Origin: Woeseiaceae bacterium
GTDB lineage: Bacteria; Pseudomonadota; Gammaproteobacteria; Steroidobacterales; Woeseiaceae
NCBI GenBank assembly: GCA_030066075.1
Contig: JASJCH010000021.1
Location: 1,710-65,709 of the forward strand
Reading direction: 5' to 3'
DNA: 64,000 nt
The translations under genes and the position numbers were made by a program. Position 1 is the stretch's first letter. Each line of letters begins with the position of its first letter. Below the pieces are notes generated by a model that was not told the DNA's origin, made no database searches, and was given only the letters and a program-made list of their open reading frames with translations. This document shows, one piece after another, positions 48,798-58,832 of the stretch.

Positions 48798-51700
48798 ATG
48801 AGTACTGCTGCCTCCGATTTGCCGGGCGCGAAGACCAGCGTCGAACGCGGCCCGCTGCGGTTCGTGACCGCGGCCTCACTGTTCGACGGTCATGACGCCG
48901 CCATCAACATCATGCGCCGGCTAATCCAGGCCCAGGGCGCGGAGGTGATCCACCTGGGTCACAACCGCAGCGTGGACGACATCGTGCGCGCGGCCATCCA
49001 GGAAGATGCCGACGGCATCGCAGTCTCGTCGTACCAGGGCGGCCACAACGAGTTTTTCCGCTACATGGTGGACCGGCTCCGCGAACTCGGCGCACCGCAC
49101 ATCAAGGTGTTCGGTGGTGGCGGCGGCACAATCACGCCCGAGGAAATCACGGACCTGATGGACTACGGCGTCGAGCGCATCTATCACCCGCACGACGGCA
49201 TGGAGCTGGGTCTCGAAGCCATGATTCGCGACCTGGTCGAACGCACCGAGAACGGCCGCCGGCGCGCCGCGGCGCCCGGTGACGTCGATGCCGACAATAC
49301 GACCGGCATTGCCGGCATGATCTCGGCGATCGAAGAGGGCGCGTTCAATGACAGCGAGCTGGCGGCGCTGCGGAAGGAGTGGCAGGTCAAGGCCGGGCGG
49401 GTACCCGTCATCGGTATCACGGGCACCGGCGGCGCCGGCAAGAGCAGCGTCACCGACGAGATCCTCAATCGCTTCCTGGGCAGTTTCCCGGATATGCGCA
49501 TGGCCGTGCTCGCGGTAGACCCGACGCGCCGGCGCACGGGCGGCGCCCTGCTGGGCGACCGCATCCGCATGAACACGCTGCGTTCCGATCGCATCTTCAT
49601 GCGCTCGATCGCAACCCGGCGCCAGCACCTTGCGACCAGCGAGATGCTTGGCGACCACATCAACTTCCTGAAGTCACTCGGCTACGACCTGATCATTGTC
49701 GAGACGGCGGGCATCGGCCAGAGTGACAGCGAGATCGTCGACCTGGTCGACTACTCGGTGTACGTGATGACGAGCGAGTATGGCGCGGCGAGCCAGCTCG
49801 AGAAGATCGACATGCTCGACTTCGCCGACCTGATCGTGCTCAACAAGTACGACAAACGCGGCGCCGAAGACGCGCTGCGCGACATCCGCAAGCAGTGGAA
49901 GCGCAATCACACGGCGTTCCAAACGCCGGACGAAGACATCCCGGTCTACCCGACGATCGCCAGCCAGTTCAACGACCCGGGCGTCAGCTACATGTTCTCG
50001 GAACTGTGCCGCCGCGTCGCGGAGAAGACGGGGCTGGACGCCGACGCGTGGACGCCCGACATCGACACGAGCATCCGTGAACCACGTGCGACGGCGATGA
50101 TCCCGGGTGCGCGCATCCGCTACCTGGCGGAGATTGCCGAGCAGGGCCGTGATATCAACAGCGACATCGACCGGCAGGCCGAGGCGGCGAGCAGCCTGCA
50201 ACACCTCTATGAAGCCCTCAAGGCGCTGGAAGACCCTGCACTGCCGGCCGAGTTCGACGCTTACCAGGCCGACAGCCTGACCAGCGGTGGCGACCAGAGC
50301 CTGCTGGTGCTGCGCCAGCGCTACCAGGAGACCCTGGGCGAGCTGTCGGGCGAGTCGCTGCAGCTACTGCGCGAGTGGCCCGAGCGCAAGGCCGGCGTGA
50401 AGTCGGAGGAATACAGCTACACGGTGCGCGGCAGGGAGATCACCGGCCGCAACTACCGCGAGAGCCTGAGCCACCAGAAGATTCCCAAGATCGCGGCACC
50501 CGACTACCGCGACTGGGGCGAACTGCTCAAGTTCCTGAGTCGGGAAAACCTGCCGGGCGCCTACCCGTACACGGGAGGCGTATATCCCTACCGCCGACTT
50601 GGCGAAGACCCGACACGGATGTTCGCCGGTGAGGGCACGCCCGAGCGAACCAACCGTCGCTTCCATTACCTGTCGCATGGCCAGGAAGCTGCGCGCCTGT
50701 CGACGGCGTTCGATTCGGTGACGCTGTACGGCGAAGACCCCCACGAGCGGCCCGACATTTATGGCAAGGTGGGCAACTCCGGCGTCTCGATCGCTTCGGT
50801 CGACGATATGAAGAAGCTCTACTCCGGTTTCGACCTGTGCGCGCCGACGACGTCGGTCTCGATGACCATTAACGGCCCGGCGCCCATGATTCTCGCGTTC
50901 TTCATGAATGCCGCCATCGACCAGCAGGTCGAGAAGCACCTGCGCGAGACGGGCGAGTGGGAAAAACTGCAGCCACGCATCGACAAGTATTTCGAGGGCA
51001 AGGAACGGCCGGTCTACGAGGGCGATCTCCCGGAAGGTAATGACAGCCTCGGGCTGGGCCTGCTCGGCATTTCGGGGGACAAGGTCGTGGACGCGGAGAC
51101 CTACGAGCGCATCCGCAAGGAGACCCTTGCCACGGTGCGCGGCACCGTGCAGGCCGACATCCTCAAGGAAGACCAGGCGCAGAACACCTGCATCTTCTCG
51201 ACCGAGTTTGCGATGAAGATGATGGGCGATGTGCAGCAGTACTTTATCGACAACAACGTCCGCAATTACTACAGCATCTCGATCAGCGGTTATCACATCG
51301 CCGAAGCCGGCGCGAACCCGATCAGCCAGCTGGCGTTTACGCTCGCCAACGGCTTCACGATCGTCGAGTACTACCTGGCGCGCGGCATGGATATCAATGA
51401 CTTCGCGCCGAACCTGAGCTTCTTCTTCTCGAACGGCATGGATCCCGAGTACACGGTCATCGGCCGTGTCGCGCGGCGTATCTGGGCGCGGGCCATGCGC
51501 GAGCGCTACGGCGCCAACAATCGCTCGCAGATGCTCAAGTACCACGTGCAAACCTCGGGCCGCAGCCTGCACGCGCAGGAAATCAGCTTCAACGACATCC
51601 GCACCACGCTGCAGGCGCTTTATGCCCTGTTCGACAACTGCAACAGCCTGCACACGAATGCATTCGACGAGGCCATCACGACGCCGACCGAGCAGTCGGT

Positions 51701-52241
51701 GCGCCGCGCGGTCGCCATCCAGATGATCATTTCGCGCGAGCTCGGGCTGAACTTCTGCGAGAACCCGTGGCAGGGTTCCTTCATCATCAACGAGCTCACC
51801 GACCTGGTCGAGGAAGCTGTCTACCAGGAATTCGAGCGCATCTCCGACCGTGGCGGCGTGCTTGGCGCTATGGATACGATGTACCAGCGCGGCAAGATCC
51901 AGGAGGAGAGCATGTACTACGAGCACAAGAAGCACGACGGCTCGCTGCCCCTGATTGGCGTCAACACGTTCCTGCCCAAGGAAGGCCAGGAGGACGAGGT
52001 GCACGAGCTCGAACTGATTCGTTCCAGCGAGGAGGAGAAACAGGACCAGATCCGCCACGTGCGCGGCTTCCAGGGCACGCATGCCGAGGAGAGCGGCCCG
52101 GCAATCGAGCGCTTACAAGCGGTGGCCCGTGATCGCGGCAACGTGTTCGAGGAACTGATGCAGACCGTGAAGTCTAATTCCCTCGGGCAGATCTCCAACG
52201 CCCTTTACGACGTCGGCGGCGAGTACCGCCGCAACATGTAG
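48798..52241 (+). CDS. icmF: Fused isobutyryl-CoA mutase IcmF (B12-binding domain + MeaB-type GTPase + mutase catalytic domain)
   Basis: N-terminal B12 domain [13 protein letters not shown]...VSSYQGGH. G-protein [26 protein letters not shown]. Large C-terminal mutase barrel. 1147 aa. Confidence 0.88.
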   Translation: MSTAASDLPGAKTSVERGPLRFVTAASLFDGHDAAINIMRRLIQAQGAEVIHLGHNRSVDDIVRAAIQEDADGIAVSSYQGGHNEFFRYMVDRLRELGAPHIKVFGGGGGTITPEEITDLMDYGVERIYHPHDGMELGLEAMIRDLVERTENGRRRAAAPGDVDADNTTGIAGMISAIEEGAFNDSELAALRKEWQVKAGRVPVIGITGTGGAGKSSVTDEILNRFLGSFPDMRMAVLAVDPTRRRTGGALLGDRIRMNTLRSDRIFMRSIATRRQHLATSEMLGDHINFLKSLGYDLIIVETAGIGQSDSEIVDLVDYSVYVMTSEYGAASQLEKIDMLDFADLIVLNKYDKRGAEDALRDIRKQWKRNHTAFQTPDEDIPVYPTIASQFNDPGVSYMFSELCRRVAEKTGLDADAWTPDIDTSIREPRATAMIPGARIRYLAEIAEQGRDINSDIDRQAEAASSLQHLYEALKALEDPALPAEFDAYQADSLTSGGDQSLLVLRQRYQETLGELSGESLQLLREWPERKAGVKSEEYSYTVRGREITGRNYRESLSHQKIPKIAAPDYRDWGELLKFLSRENLPGAYPYTGGVYPYRRLGEDPTRMFAGEGTPERTNRRFHYLSHGQEAARLSTAFDSVTLYGEDPHERPDIYGKVGNSGVSIASVDDMKKLYSGFDLCAPTTSVSMTINGPAPMILAFFMNAAIDQQVEKHLRETGEWEKLQPRIDKYFEGKERPVYEGDLPEGNDSLGLGLLGISGDKVVDAETYERIRKETLATVRGTVQADILKEDQAQNTCIFSTEFAMKMMGDVQQYFIDNNVRNYYSISISGYHIAEAGANPISQLAFTLANGFTIVEYYLARGMDINDFAPNLSFFFSNGMDPEYTVIGRVARRIWARAMRERYGANNRSQMLKYHVQTSGRSLHAQEISFNDIRTTLQALYALFDNCNSLHTNAFDEAITTPTEQSVRRAVAIQMIISRELGLNFCENPWQGSFIINELTDLVEEAVYQEFERISDRGGVLGAMDTMYQRGKIQEESMYYEHKKHDGSLPLIGVNTFLPKEGQEDEVHELELIRSSEEEKQDQIRHVRGFQGTHAEESGPAIERLQAVARDRGNVFEELMQTVKSNSLGQISNALYDVGGEYRRNM

Positions 52242-52265
52242 CCGTTTCGAAAAGGGAAAGAACAG

Positions 52266-52952
52266 ATGCGCTTATTCGCAATCGCAGCACTTGTACTATT
52301 GCCGGCATTGGCCTCGGCCCAGTCGTTCCGCGTGCCCGGCGCGCCACAGCCCTGGTACATATCAGTCGCCGCCGTTTACCAGGATGGCTTGTCCGTGGGC
52401 GGTGAAGGCGGTTCGGCATCACCGACGCCCGACACGTCGATAACCCGCGTCAGCAGCGAGCTGGGTTACGGCTTCAACGTTGGCTACAACTTCAACAAGA
52501 ACCTGGCATTGGGTCTCGACATCGAGTACCTGCGGCCCGACTACAAGGCGACGCTGGTGTCGGAAGATCCGAATGTCTCACCGACGGTCATTGACCACAC
52601 GCTGACGCAGTGGAATTGGCGCCTCAAGGGCACGTACAACTTCAGCGAGGGACCGTTGGTGCCCTACGTCGATCTCGGTTACGGGTGGAGCAACGTCGAC
52701 TCGAACGTCGCCGACGGACCGCCGTTGGTGGGCTGCTGGTGGGACCCCTGGTGGGGCTACGTCTGTGACAACTTCTATCGCACGATAAGCAGTACCGAGT
52801 CCGGCTGGGGTGGCGGCGTCGGCGTGCGCTATGACCTGCCGATGGAGGGTTTCCTCAGGCTCAGCTGGAACCGTTGGGAGCTCGCTTCGGGCGGCAATTC
52901 CGACGATCTGGACCTGGAGTCGTTCCGGCTCGAATACGCCTGGACGTTTTAG
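52266..52952 (+). CDS. Small outer-membrane beta-barrel protein
   Basis: Signal peptide ...LPALASAQS, alternating aromatic/Gly strands, Cys-flanked loop CWWDPWWGYVC, terminal ...LEYAWTF. Confidence 0.7.
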   Translation: MRLFAIAALVLLPALASAQSFRVPGAPQPWYISVAAVYQDGLSVGGEGGSASPTPDTSITRVSSELGYGFNVGYNFNKNLALGLDIEYLRPDYKATLVSEDPNVSPTVIDHTLTQWNWRLKGTYNFSEGPLVPYVDLGYGWSNVDSNVADGPPLVGCWWDPWWGYVCDNFYRTISSTESGWGGGVGVRYDLPMEGFLRLSWNRWELASGGNSDDLDLESFRLEYAWTF

Positions 52953-53723
52953 ATGAGCGACATCGTCAAGTACGAGCAGGACGGCGCGGTCGCGGTCATC
53001 ACGTTGTACCGCCCCGACGCGATGAACTCGTTTCACACGGAGTTGCGGGCCGCTTTGGCGTTCGCACTCGAAAAGGCGCACGAAGACGATTCGGTGCGCG
53101 TCGTCGTGCTGACCGGCGAAGGCCGCACGTTCTCGGCCGGCGCCGACCTCAAGGCCGGCATCGACCGTGACGTCAGCGAGATCCTGCAGGTCGAGTACCG
53201 GCCGATCCAGGAAGCGATCACCAACATGCCCAAGCCCGTGATTGCTGCAGTTCCCGGGTCGGCAGCCGGCATCGGCCTGTCGATTGCGCTGCACTGCGAT
53301 CTCATGATCATGGCCGACAACGCGTTCCTGCTGTCGCCGTTTACGACGATCTCACTGGTACCCGACGGCGGTCTCAACTGGCTGCTCGTGCACCAGCTCG
53401 GCTATCGCCGGGCGTTCCAGCTCAGCGTCGAGTCGGAGCGCATCCCGGCGGATCGCTGCGTCGAGCTCGGCCTGGCCAACAAGGCCGTGCCGGCCGATGA
53501 ACTCATGCCGGCCGCCTTGGAGTGGGCGCAGGCGCTTGCCGAGCGTGCGCCTTTATCGATGGCGGCTACCAAGAAGGTCATGCGCTTCGCGGCCTTCAAC
53601 GACTGGGGCAAGGCTTACGACATGGAGGCGAAGTTCCAGGGCGAACTGCTCGGCTCCGACGACAACAAGGAAGGCATCCAGGCCTTCTTCGACAAGCGCA
53701 AACCCGAATTCACAGGTAAGTAG
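52953..53723 (+). CDS. Enoyl-CoA hydratase/isomerase family protein
   Basis: ITLYRPDAMNSF, VLTGEGRTFSAGADL, VPGSAAGIGLSIALHCD. Confidence 0.85.
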   Translation: MSDIVKYEQDGAVAVITLYRPDAMNSFHTELRAALAFALEKAHEDDSVRVVVLTGEGRTFSAGADLKAGIDRDVSEILQVEYRPIQEAITNMPKPVIAAVPGSAAGIGLSIALHCDLMIMADNAFLLSPFTTISLVPDGGLNWLLVHQLGYRRAFQLSVESERIPADRCVELGLANKAVPADELMPAALEWAQALAERAPLSMAATKKVMRFAAFNDWGKAYDMEAKFQGELLGSDDNKEGIQAFFDKRKPEFTGK

Positions 53724-53725
53724 AC

Positions 53726-54901
53726 ATGGACAGAACCATCTTCAACGAAGACCATGAGATGTTCCGCGATGCCGCGCGAGCCTTCCTGATCAACGAGATC
53801 GGCCCGCACCGGGACAAGTGGGACGAGCAGGAGATCGTCGACCGGGAAGCATTCCTCAAGGCCGGCGAACAGGGCTTGCTCTGCATGTGGGCGGATGAGC
53901 AGTACGGCGGCGCCGGCATCTCGGATTTCCGCTTCGAGCAGATTCTGCTCGAGGAAAACGCGAAACACGGCGACGTGGGCTTCTTCATCTTCCTGCACAA
54001 CCGCCTGGTCGGCCCCTACATCGGCGAGCTGGGCACCGACGAGCAGAAAGCGCGCTGGCTGCCCGGTTGCGTGTCGGGTGAGAAAATCCTCGCGATCGCG
54101 ATGACCGAACCGGGAACGGGCAGCGACCTGTCGAGCATTCGCACCAAGGCCGAGGATAAAGGCGACCACTACCTGCTCAACGGCTCGAAGACGTTCATTT
54201 CGAACGGCATCCTGGCCGATCTCGTAATCGTAGCGGCGAAGACGGATCCCAATAGCAGCCACGGCATCACGCTGTTTGTCGTCGAGCGCGGCATGGAAGG
54301 CTTCGAACGCGGCAAGAACCTCAAGAAGATGGGCATGCACAGCCAGGATACGGCCGAGATGTTCTTCAACAACGTCAAGGTGCCCAAGGAGAACGTACTG
54401 GGTGAGCTCAACCGAGGCTTCTATCACCTGATGCACTTTCTGGCCGAGGAGCGGCTGCTGAGCGCCGTCGGTTCGTTGGCCAACGCCGAGGCGGCTTACG
54501 AAGTGACCATGGAGTACGCGACCGATCGCAAGGTGTTCGGCAAGGCCGTCGCCGATTACCAGGTCAACCGCTTCAAGTTCGCCGACATGCGCATGGAGAT
54601 GGACGTCTGCCAGGCGTTCATCGACCAGTGCGTGATGGCGCACAACGACGGCAAACTGACCGCCGAAGACGCAGCCAAGGCCAAACTGTTTGCGACCGAG
54701 CTCGAGGATCGCGTTACCGACCAGTGCGTGCAGCTGCACGGCGGTAACGGCTACATGGACGAATACCCGGTGAGCCGGATGTATACGGCGGCGCGCGTGT
54801 CCCGAATTTACGCCGGCAGCTCCGAGATCATGCGCGAGATCATTGCGCGCTCGATCGGCCTCGACCCGCGGCAGAAACAGAAGAAGCCCAAAGCGGCGTA
54901 A
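53726..54901 (+). CDS. Acyl-CoA dehydrogenase
   Basis: AIAMTEPGTGSDL..., and the C-terminal QLHGGNGYMDEYPVSRMYTAARVSRIYAGSSEIMREII. Confidence 0.88.
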   Translation: MDRTIFNEDHEMFRDAARAFLINEIGPHRDKWDEQEIVDREAFLKAGEQGLLCMWADEQYGGAGISDFRFEQILLEENAKHGDVGFFIFLHNRLVGPYIGELGTDEQKARWLPGCVSGEKILAIAMTEPGTGSDLSSIRTKAEDKGDHYLLNGSKTFISNGILADLVIVAAKTDPNSSHGITLFVVERGMEGFERGKNLKKMGMHSQDTAEMFFNNVKVPKENVLGELNRGFYHLMHFLAEERLLSAVGSLANAEAAYEVTMEYATDRKVFGKAVADYQVNRFKFADMRMEMDVCQAFIDQCVMAHNDGKLTAEDAAKAKLFATELEDRVTDQCVQLHGGNGYMDEYPVSRMYTAARVSRIYAGSSEIMREIIARSIGLDPRQKQKKPKAA

Positions 54902-54911
54902 CAGCCCGCCC

Positions 54912-54934
54912 GTAGGAGCGCCCCATGGGCGCGA
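54912..54934 (+). repeat. REP-like palindromic element GTAGGAGCGCCCCATGGGCGCGA
   Basis: Exact copy of 34973..34995, in the intergenic gap between the acyl-CoA dehydrogenase and the mmsB-like gene. Confidence 0.8.
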
Positions 54935-54953
54935 TTGTTGTTAGTATCCAGCC

Positions 54954-55823
54954 ATGAAAACCGCATTCATCGGCCTCGGCGTCATGGGCTATCCCATGGC
55001 CGGATATCTCTCGAAGGCCGGCCACGACGTTACTGTCTACAACCGCACGTCCTCTAAATCCGAACAGTGGTGCAAGGAGTACGACGGAGCTTCGGCGCCG
55101 ACTCCCGCCGAGGCGGCGGCTGGCGCCGACATCGTGTTCACCTGCGTCGGTAACGACGACGACGTTCGTGAGGTCATTCTCGGCGAGCAGGGCGCGATAC
55201 GCGGCATGGCCGCAGGCGTGATTCTCGTTGATCACACGACGGCATCAGCGAAGCTGGCCCGCGAGCTTGAAACTGCACTTGCCGAGAAATCCGTTGGTTT
55301 CCTCGACGCGCCCCTGTCCGGCGGTCAGGCCGGCGCCGAAAACGGCCAGCTCACGATCATGGCTGGCGGCAAGGAAGAGACGTTCGAACGCGCCCAACCG
55401 GTGATGGACTGCTATGCGAAGGCGATCACGCTGATCGGTCCGGCGGGACACGGCCAGATGGCCAAGATGGTCAACCAGGTTTGCATCGCGGGTGTGGTCC
55501 AGGGGCTGGCCGAGGCGTTGCACTTCGCAAAGAGGGCCGAGCTCGACGTGCCCAAGGTCATCGAGGCCATCTCCAAGGGCGCCGCCCAGTCGTGGCAGAT
55601 GGAAAACCGCTGGCAAACGATGAGCAACGACGAGTTCGAGTTCGGGTTTGCTGTTGATTGGATGCGCAAGGACCTGGCAATCGCACTCGAAGAAGCGAAT
55701 CAGAACGGCGCAACGCTCGAGATGACCGCACTGGTCGATCGGTTCTACGCCGAGGTCCAGGAACTCGGTGGCAGCCGCTGGGACACGTCGAGCCTGATCG
55801 CCAGGCTCGAATCGAAACCTTGA
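54954..55823 (+). CDS. 3-hydroxyisobutyrate dehydrogenase family NAD(P)-dependent oxidoreductase
   Basis: MKTAFIGLGVMGYPMAGYL, DAPLSGGQAGAENGQLTIMAGG, and KMVNQ... Confidence 0.82.
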   Translation: MKTAFIGLGVMGYPMAGYLSKAGHDVTVYNRTSSKSEQWCKEYDGASAPTPAEAAAGADIVFTCVGNDDDVREVILGEQGAIRGMAAGVILVDHTTASAKLARELETALAEKSVGFLDAPLSGGQAGAENGQLTIMAGGKEETFERAQPVMDCYAKAITLIGPAGHGQMAKMVNQVCIAGVVQGLAEALHFAKRAELDVPKVIEAISKGAAQSWQMENRWQTMSNDEFEFGFAVDWMRKDLAIALEEANQNGATLEMTALVDRFYAEVQELGGSRWDTSSLIARLESKP

Positions 55824-55837
55824 TATAATCGGCGCGA

Positions 55838-55918
55838 AACAGGGGTGGCCTCGCGGCCTGAGATCCAATCCGGGAACCCTCAGAACCTGATCCGGGTAAT
55901 GCCGGCGTAGGAAGGGAA
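55838..55918 (+). promoter_or_regulatory. TPP (THI-box) riboswitch
   Basis: AGGGGTGGCC..GGCCTGAGA...GGGAACCCTCAGAACCTGATCCGGGTAATGCCGGCGTAGGAAGG matches the conserved GGGGUGC / CUGAGA / ACCUGAUCNGGNUAAUNCCNGCGUAGGGA core. The 3' end contains the GGAAGGG SD just before the ATG at 55921. Confidence 0.9.
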
Positions 55919-55920
55919 TA

Positions 55921-57990
55921 ATGAATCGAAACAATACCTTGCGGCCTGTCGCCGCATTCTTGTGCCTGTTTTCCGGGGCCGCGCTGGCGGCCGGGACCAT
56001 CGACGAGATCGTCGTAACGGCCGACTTCCGTGAACGAACCGCATCCGAGGTGCCGGCCAGCATCACCGTGCTCGACGCCCGGGAGATCGAGGAACGGTCG
56101 GTGCAGCACTTCGAGGAACTCATAAGCACGATCCCCAACTTCAACTGGTCGGGCGACGGTCATCGCGCGCGTTACTTCCAGATGCGTGGCGCGGGTGAGC
56201 TCGAGCAGTACCAGGGCGCGCCGAATCCCTCGGTCGGATTCCTGATCGACGACATCGATTTTAGCGGCATCGGCACGGTGGCGACGTTGTTCGACATGCA
56301 GAGCGTCGAAGTGCTGCGCGGGCCGCAGGGCACCCGCTACGGCGCCAACGCGCTGGCGGGGCTCATCTATATGCGCAGCGCCGAGCCGACGGCCGAGTTT
56401 AACGGCCGCGTCGAGCTGCAGGCCGGTGACGACGGCATGCTCGCAGGCGGCTTCGCCGTCGGTGGCGGCCTCAATACGGATGACAGCGTCATGGGCCGCC
56501 TTAGCGCGCAGTACCACGAGAGCGACGGCTTTCGTGAGAACACCTACCTGAACCGCGATGACACCAACGGCCGTGAAGAGACGACCGTGCGCGGCCGCCT
56601 CAAGTGGTTCGGCGGTGATGCGTGGACCTTTAACGTCGCCGGCCTGTTCGTCGACATCGACGATGGCTACGACGCATTCGCGATCGACAACAGTCTCACG
56701 ATGCTGTCCGACAAGCCGGGCAAGGACGCACAGCAAAGTACGGGCGCCTCGTTCCGGGCCGACTTCGAGGGCGACCTGGCGCTGACCTCCATCACCTCGT
56801 TCGCCAGTAGTGACATCGAATTCAGCTATGACGCCGACTGGGGAAACGACGATGCCTGGGCGCCGGTGCTGTACGACTACATCTCCGTCTCCGACCGCGA
56901 TCGCGAAACGCTGAGCCAGGAGTTTCGCCTGCTCGCCGACAACTGGCTGGTCGGTGTCTACGCGCTGCGTCTCGAAGACGACATCAGCACGCTCAACCAG
57001 GGCGAGTACTACGACCCCGGCTACGATTTCGCCGACAGCCTGGACGACCTGTTCATCAGTGATTACACCGCGACCAATATCGCCGCTTTCGGCCAGGTTG
57101 ACCACGACCTCGGTGACATCACGCGCCTCACCGCAGGGCTGCGTTTCGAGCGACGCACGACCGATTACAGCGACTCGGCCGGGCTCGATACCGGTCCGTC
57201 CGATAATCTCTGGGGTGGCGAGATCGCATTCAGCTTCGACCATTCCGAGGCGGTAACGAGCTTCGTCAGCCTGTCGAAGGGCTACAAAGCGAACGGCTTC
57301 AACCTGGGCCTCGCCGTGCCCGATGAGTACCGCACGTTCGACTCCGAGACGCTCTACAACCTCGAGGGCGGCATCAAGACAATCCTGCTCGACCGGTCGC
57401 TGCAACTGAATGCCTCGGTATTCATCAGCAGGCACGACGACAAGCAGGTGCGCACGTCCTTCCAGCTCAACCCGGGCGACCCGACGTCGTTCGGCTTCGT
57501 TACCATCAACGTCGAGGAAGCGGAGACCCTGGGGCTCGAGGCCGATATCCGCTGGCTGCCGGTTGATAACTGGATGCTGTACGCAACGCTGGGACTGCTC
57601 GACACCGAGTTCACGAAGGTCTCGGCGCCGTCGCTGGACAACCTCGATGGCCGCTCCCAGGCTCACGCGCCCGAGTATACGATTGCATTCGGCGGCAGCT
57701 ACGAGCACCCGCGCGGCTTCTTTGCCCGTCTCGACGTGTCCGCCCGCGACGCATTCTATTTCGACGTTGCCCATGACGAGCGCTCACAGTCTTACGAACT
57801 CGTCAATGCCCGCGTTGGCTACCGCGCCGACAGCTGGTCCACGACGCTGTGGGCCCGCAACCTGTTCGACGAGAACTATGCCGTTCGCGGGTTCTACTTC
57901 GGTAACGAGCCGCCCGATTTCCCCAACGCCCTGTACACGCGCGCCGGCGATCCCCGCCAGGTGGGCGTGACCTTCAGCAAGGAGTTCTGA
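55921..57990 (+). CDS. TonB-dependent outer-membrane receptor (riboswitch-controlled, putative thiamine/thiamine-precursor receptor)
   Basis: Signal peptide, TonB box-like DEIVVTADFRE, plug VEVLRGPQGTRYGANALAGLI, barrel ending ...RQVGVTFSKEF. Confidence 0.88.
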   Translation: MNRNNTLRPVAAFLCLFSGAALAAGTIDEIVVTADFRERTASEVPASITVLDAREIEERSVQHFEELISTIPNFNWSGDGHRARYFQMRGAGELEQYQGAPNPSVGFLIDDIDFSGIGTVATLFDMQSVEVLRGPQGTRYGANALAGLIYMRSAEPTAEFNGRVELQAGDDGMLAGGFAVGGGLNTDDSVMGRLSAQYHESDGFRENTYLNRDDTNGREETTVRGRLKWFGGDAWTFNVAGLFVDIDDGYDAFAIDNSLTMLSDKPGKDAQQSTGASFRADFEGDLALTSITSFASSDIEFSYDADWGNDDAWAPVLYDYISVSDRDRETLSQEFRLLADNWLVGVYALRLEDDISTLNQGEYYDPGYDFADSLDDLFISDYTATNIAAFGQVDHDLGDITRLTAGLRFERRTTDYSDSAGLDTGPSDNLWGGEIAFSFDHSEAVTSFVSLSKGYKANGFNLGLAVPDEYRTFDSETLYNLEGGIKTILLDRSLQLNASVFISRHDDKQVRTSFQLNPGDPTSFGFVTINVEEAETLGLEADIRWLPVDNWMLYATLGLLDTEFTKVSAPSLDNLDGRSQAHAPEYTIAFGGSYEHPRGFFARLDVSARDAFYFDVAHDERSQSYELVNARVGYRADSWSTTLWARNLFDENYAVRGFYFGNEPPDFPNALYTRAGDPRQVGVTFSKEF

Positions 57991-57992
57991 CC

Positions 57993-58241
57993 ATGAAAGT
58001 CGCCGTCGATATCAGCCTCTACCCGTTCCAGGAAGACCTGATTCCGCCTATCAAGGACGTCATCGAGCGCCTCAATGCGCACGACAACCTCTACGTCGAC
58101 ACCAACTCGATGAGCACGCAGATTCGCGGCGAGTACGACGACGTGATGGCTGTGCTAACCACGGAGCTCAAAACGACCTTCGAGCAGCTGCCGAAGGGCG
58201 TGTTCGTCATCAAGATGCTCAACAACCCGATCGCCGACTGA
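57993..58241 (+). CDS. MTH1187/YkoF (DUF77) family thiamine/HMP-binding-like protein
   Basis: 82 aa, MKVAVDISLYPFQEDLIPPIKDVIERL...TNSMSTQIRGEYDDVMAVL fits the beta-alpha-beta-beta-alpha-beta pattern of this family. No signal peptide. Confidence 0.65.
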   Translation: MKVAVDISLYPFQEDLIPPIKDVIERLNAHDNLYVDTNSMSTQIRGEYDDVMAVLTTELKTTFEQLPKGVFVIKMLNNPIAD

Positions 58242-58832
58242 TTGGACGCGCTGCTCGAGCAAATCTGGAGTCCGCTGGAGGCGGTCGCCGTCGTTCTGGC
58301 GGTCCTGTACCTGGTGCTCCTCATCCGGGAAAACATCCTGGCGTGGGTGTGCGGGGGTGTCAGCAGCGCGATCTATGTTTATGTGATGATCGATGCGCGA
58401 CTCTACATGGAGTCCGCGCTGTACCTCATCTACTTCGTAATGGCGGTGTACGGTTTCTGGGTCTGGTACCGGGGGCGGACGCCGGAGCGTGAGCTGCCCG
58501 TGACCGTCTGGCCGCTTGCGGTGCATATCTGGGCGATCGCCGTCATCGTGGCGCTGAGTTTCATCAGCGGCAATTTGCTCGATCAGTTTACGGACGCCGA
58601 GTTTCCATATGTCGATTCGTTGACCACATGGTCGGCCATCTGGGCCACGTTCCTCGTCGCACGCAAGGTGCTCGAGAACTGGTGGTACTGGCTTGCCATC
58701 GATATCGCCTCGATCTTTATCTACTGGTCAAGAGATCTCGAACTCACGGCTTTGCTTTTCGTCGTCTATGTGATCATGATCCCGTTCGGTCTCATCAGCT
58801 GGACGCGGTCGTATCGTGAAGCAAGCGCATGA
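58242..58832 (+). CDS. PnuC-family transporter (PnuT-like, putative thiamine transporter)
   Basis: TTG start directly after the upstream stop. ~7 TM segments, WxxY-rich motifs (NWWYWLAIDIASIFIYW). Confidence 0.75.
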   Translation: MDALLEQIWSPLEAVAVVLAVLYLVLLIRENILAWVCGGVSSAIYVYVMIDARLYMESALYLIYFVMAVYGFWVWYRGRTPERELPVTVWPLAVHIWAIAVIVALSFISGNLLDQFTDAEFPYVDSLTTWSAIWATFLVARKVLENWWYWLAIDIASIFIYWSRDLELTALLFVVYVIMIPFGLISWTRSYREASA

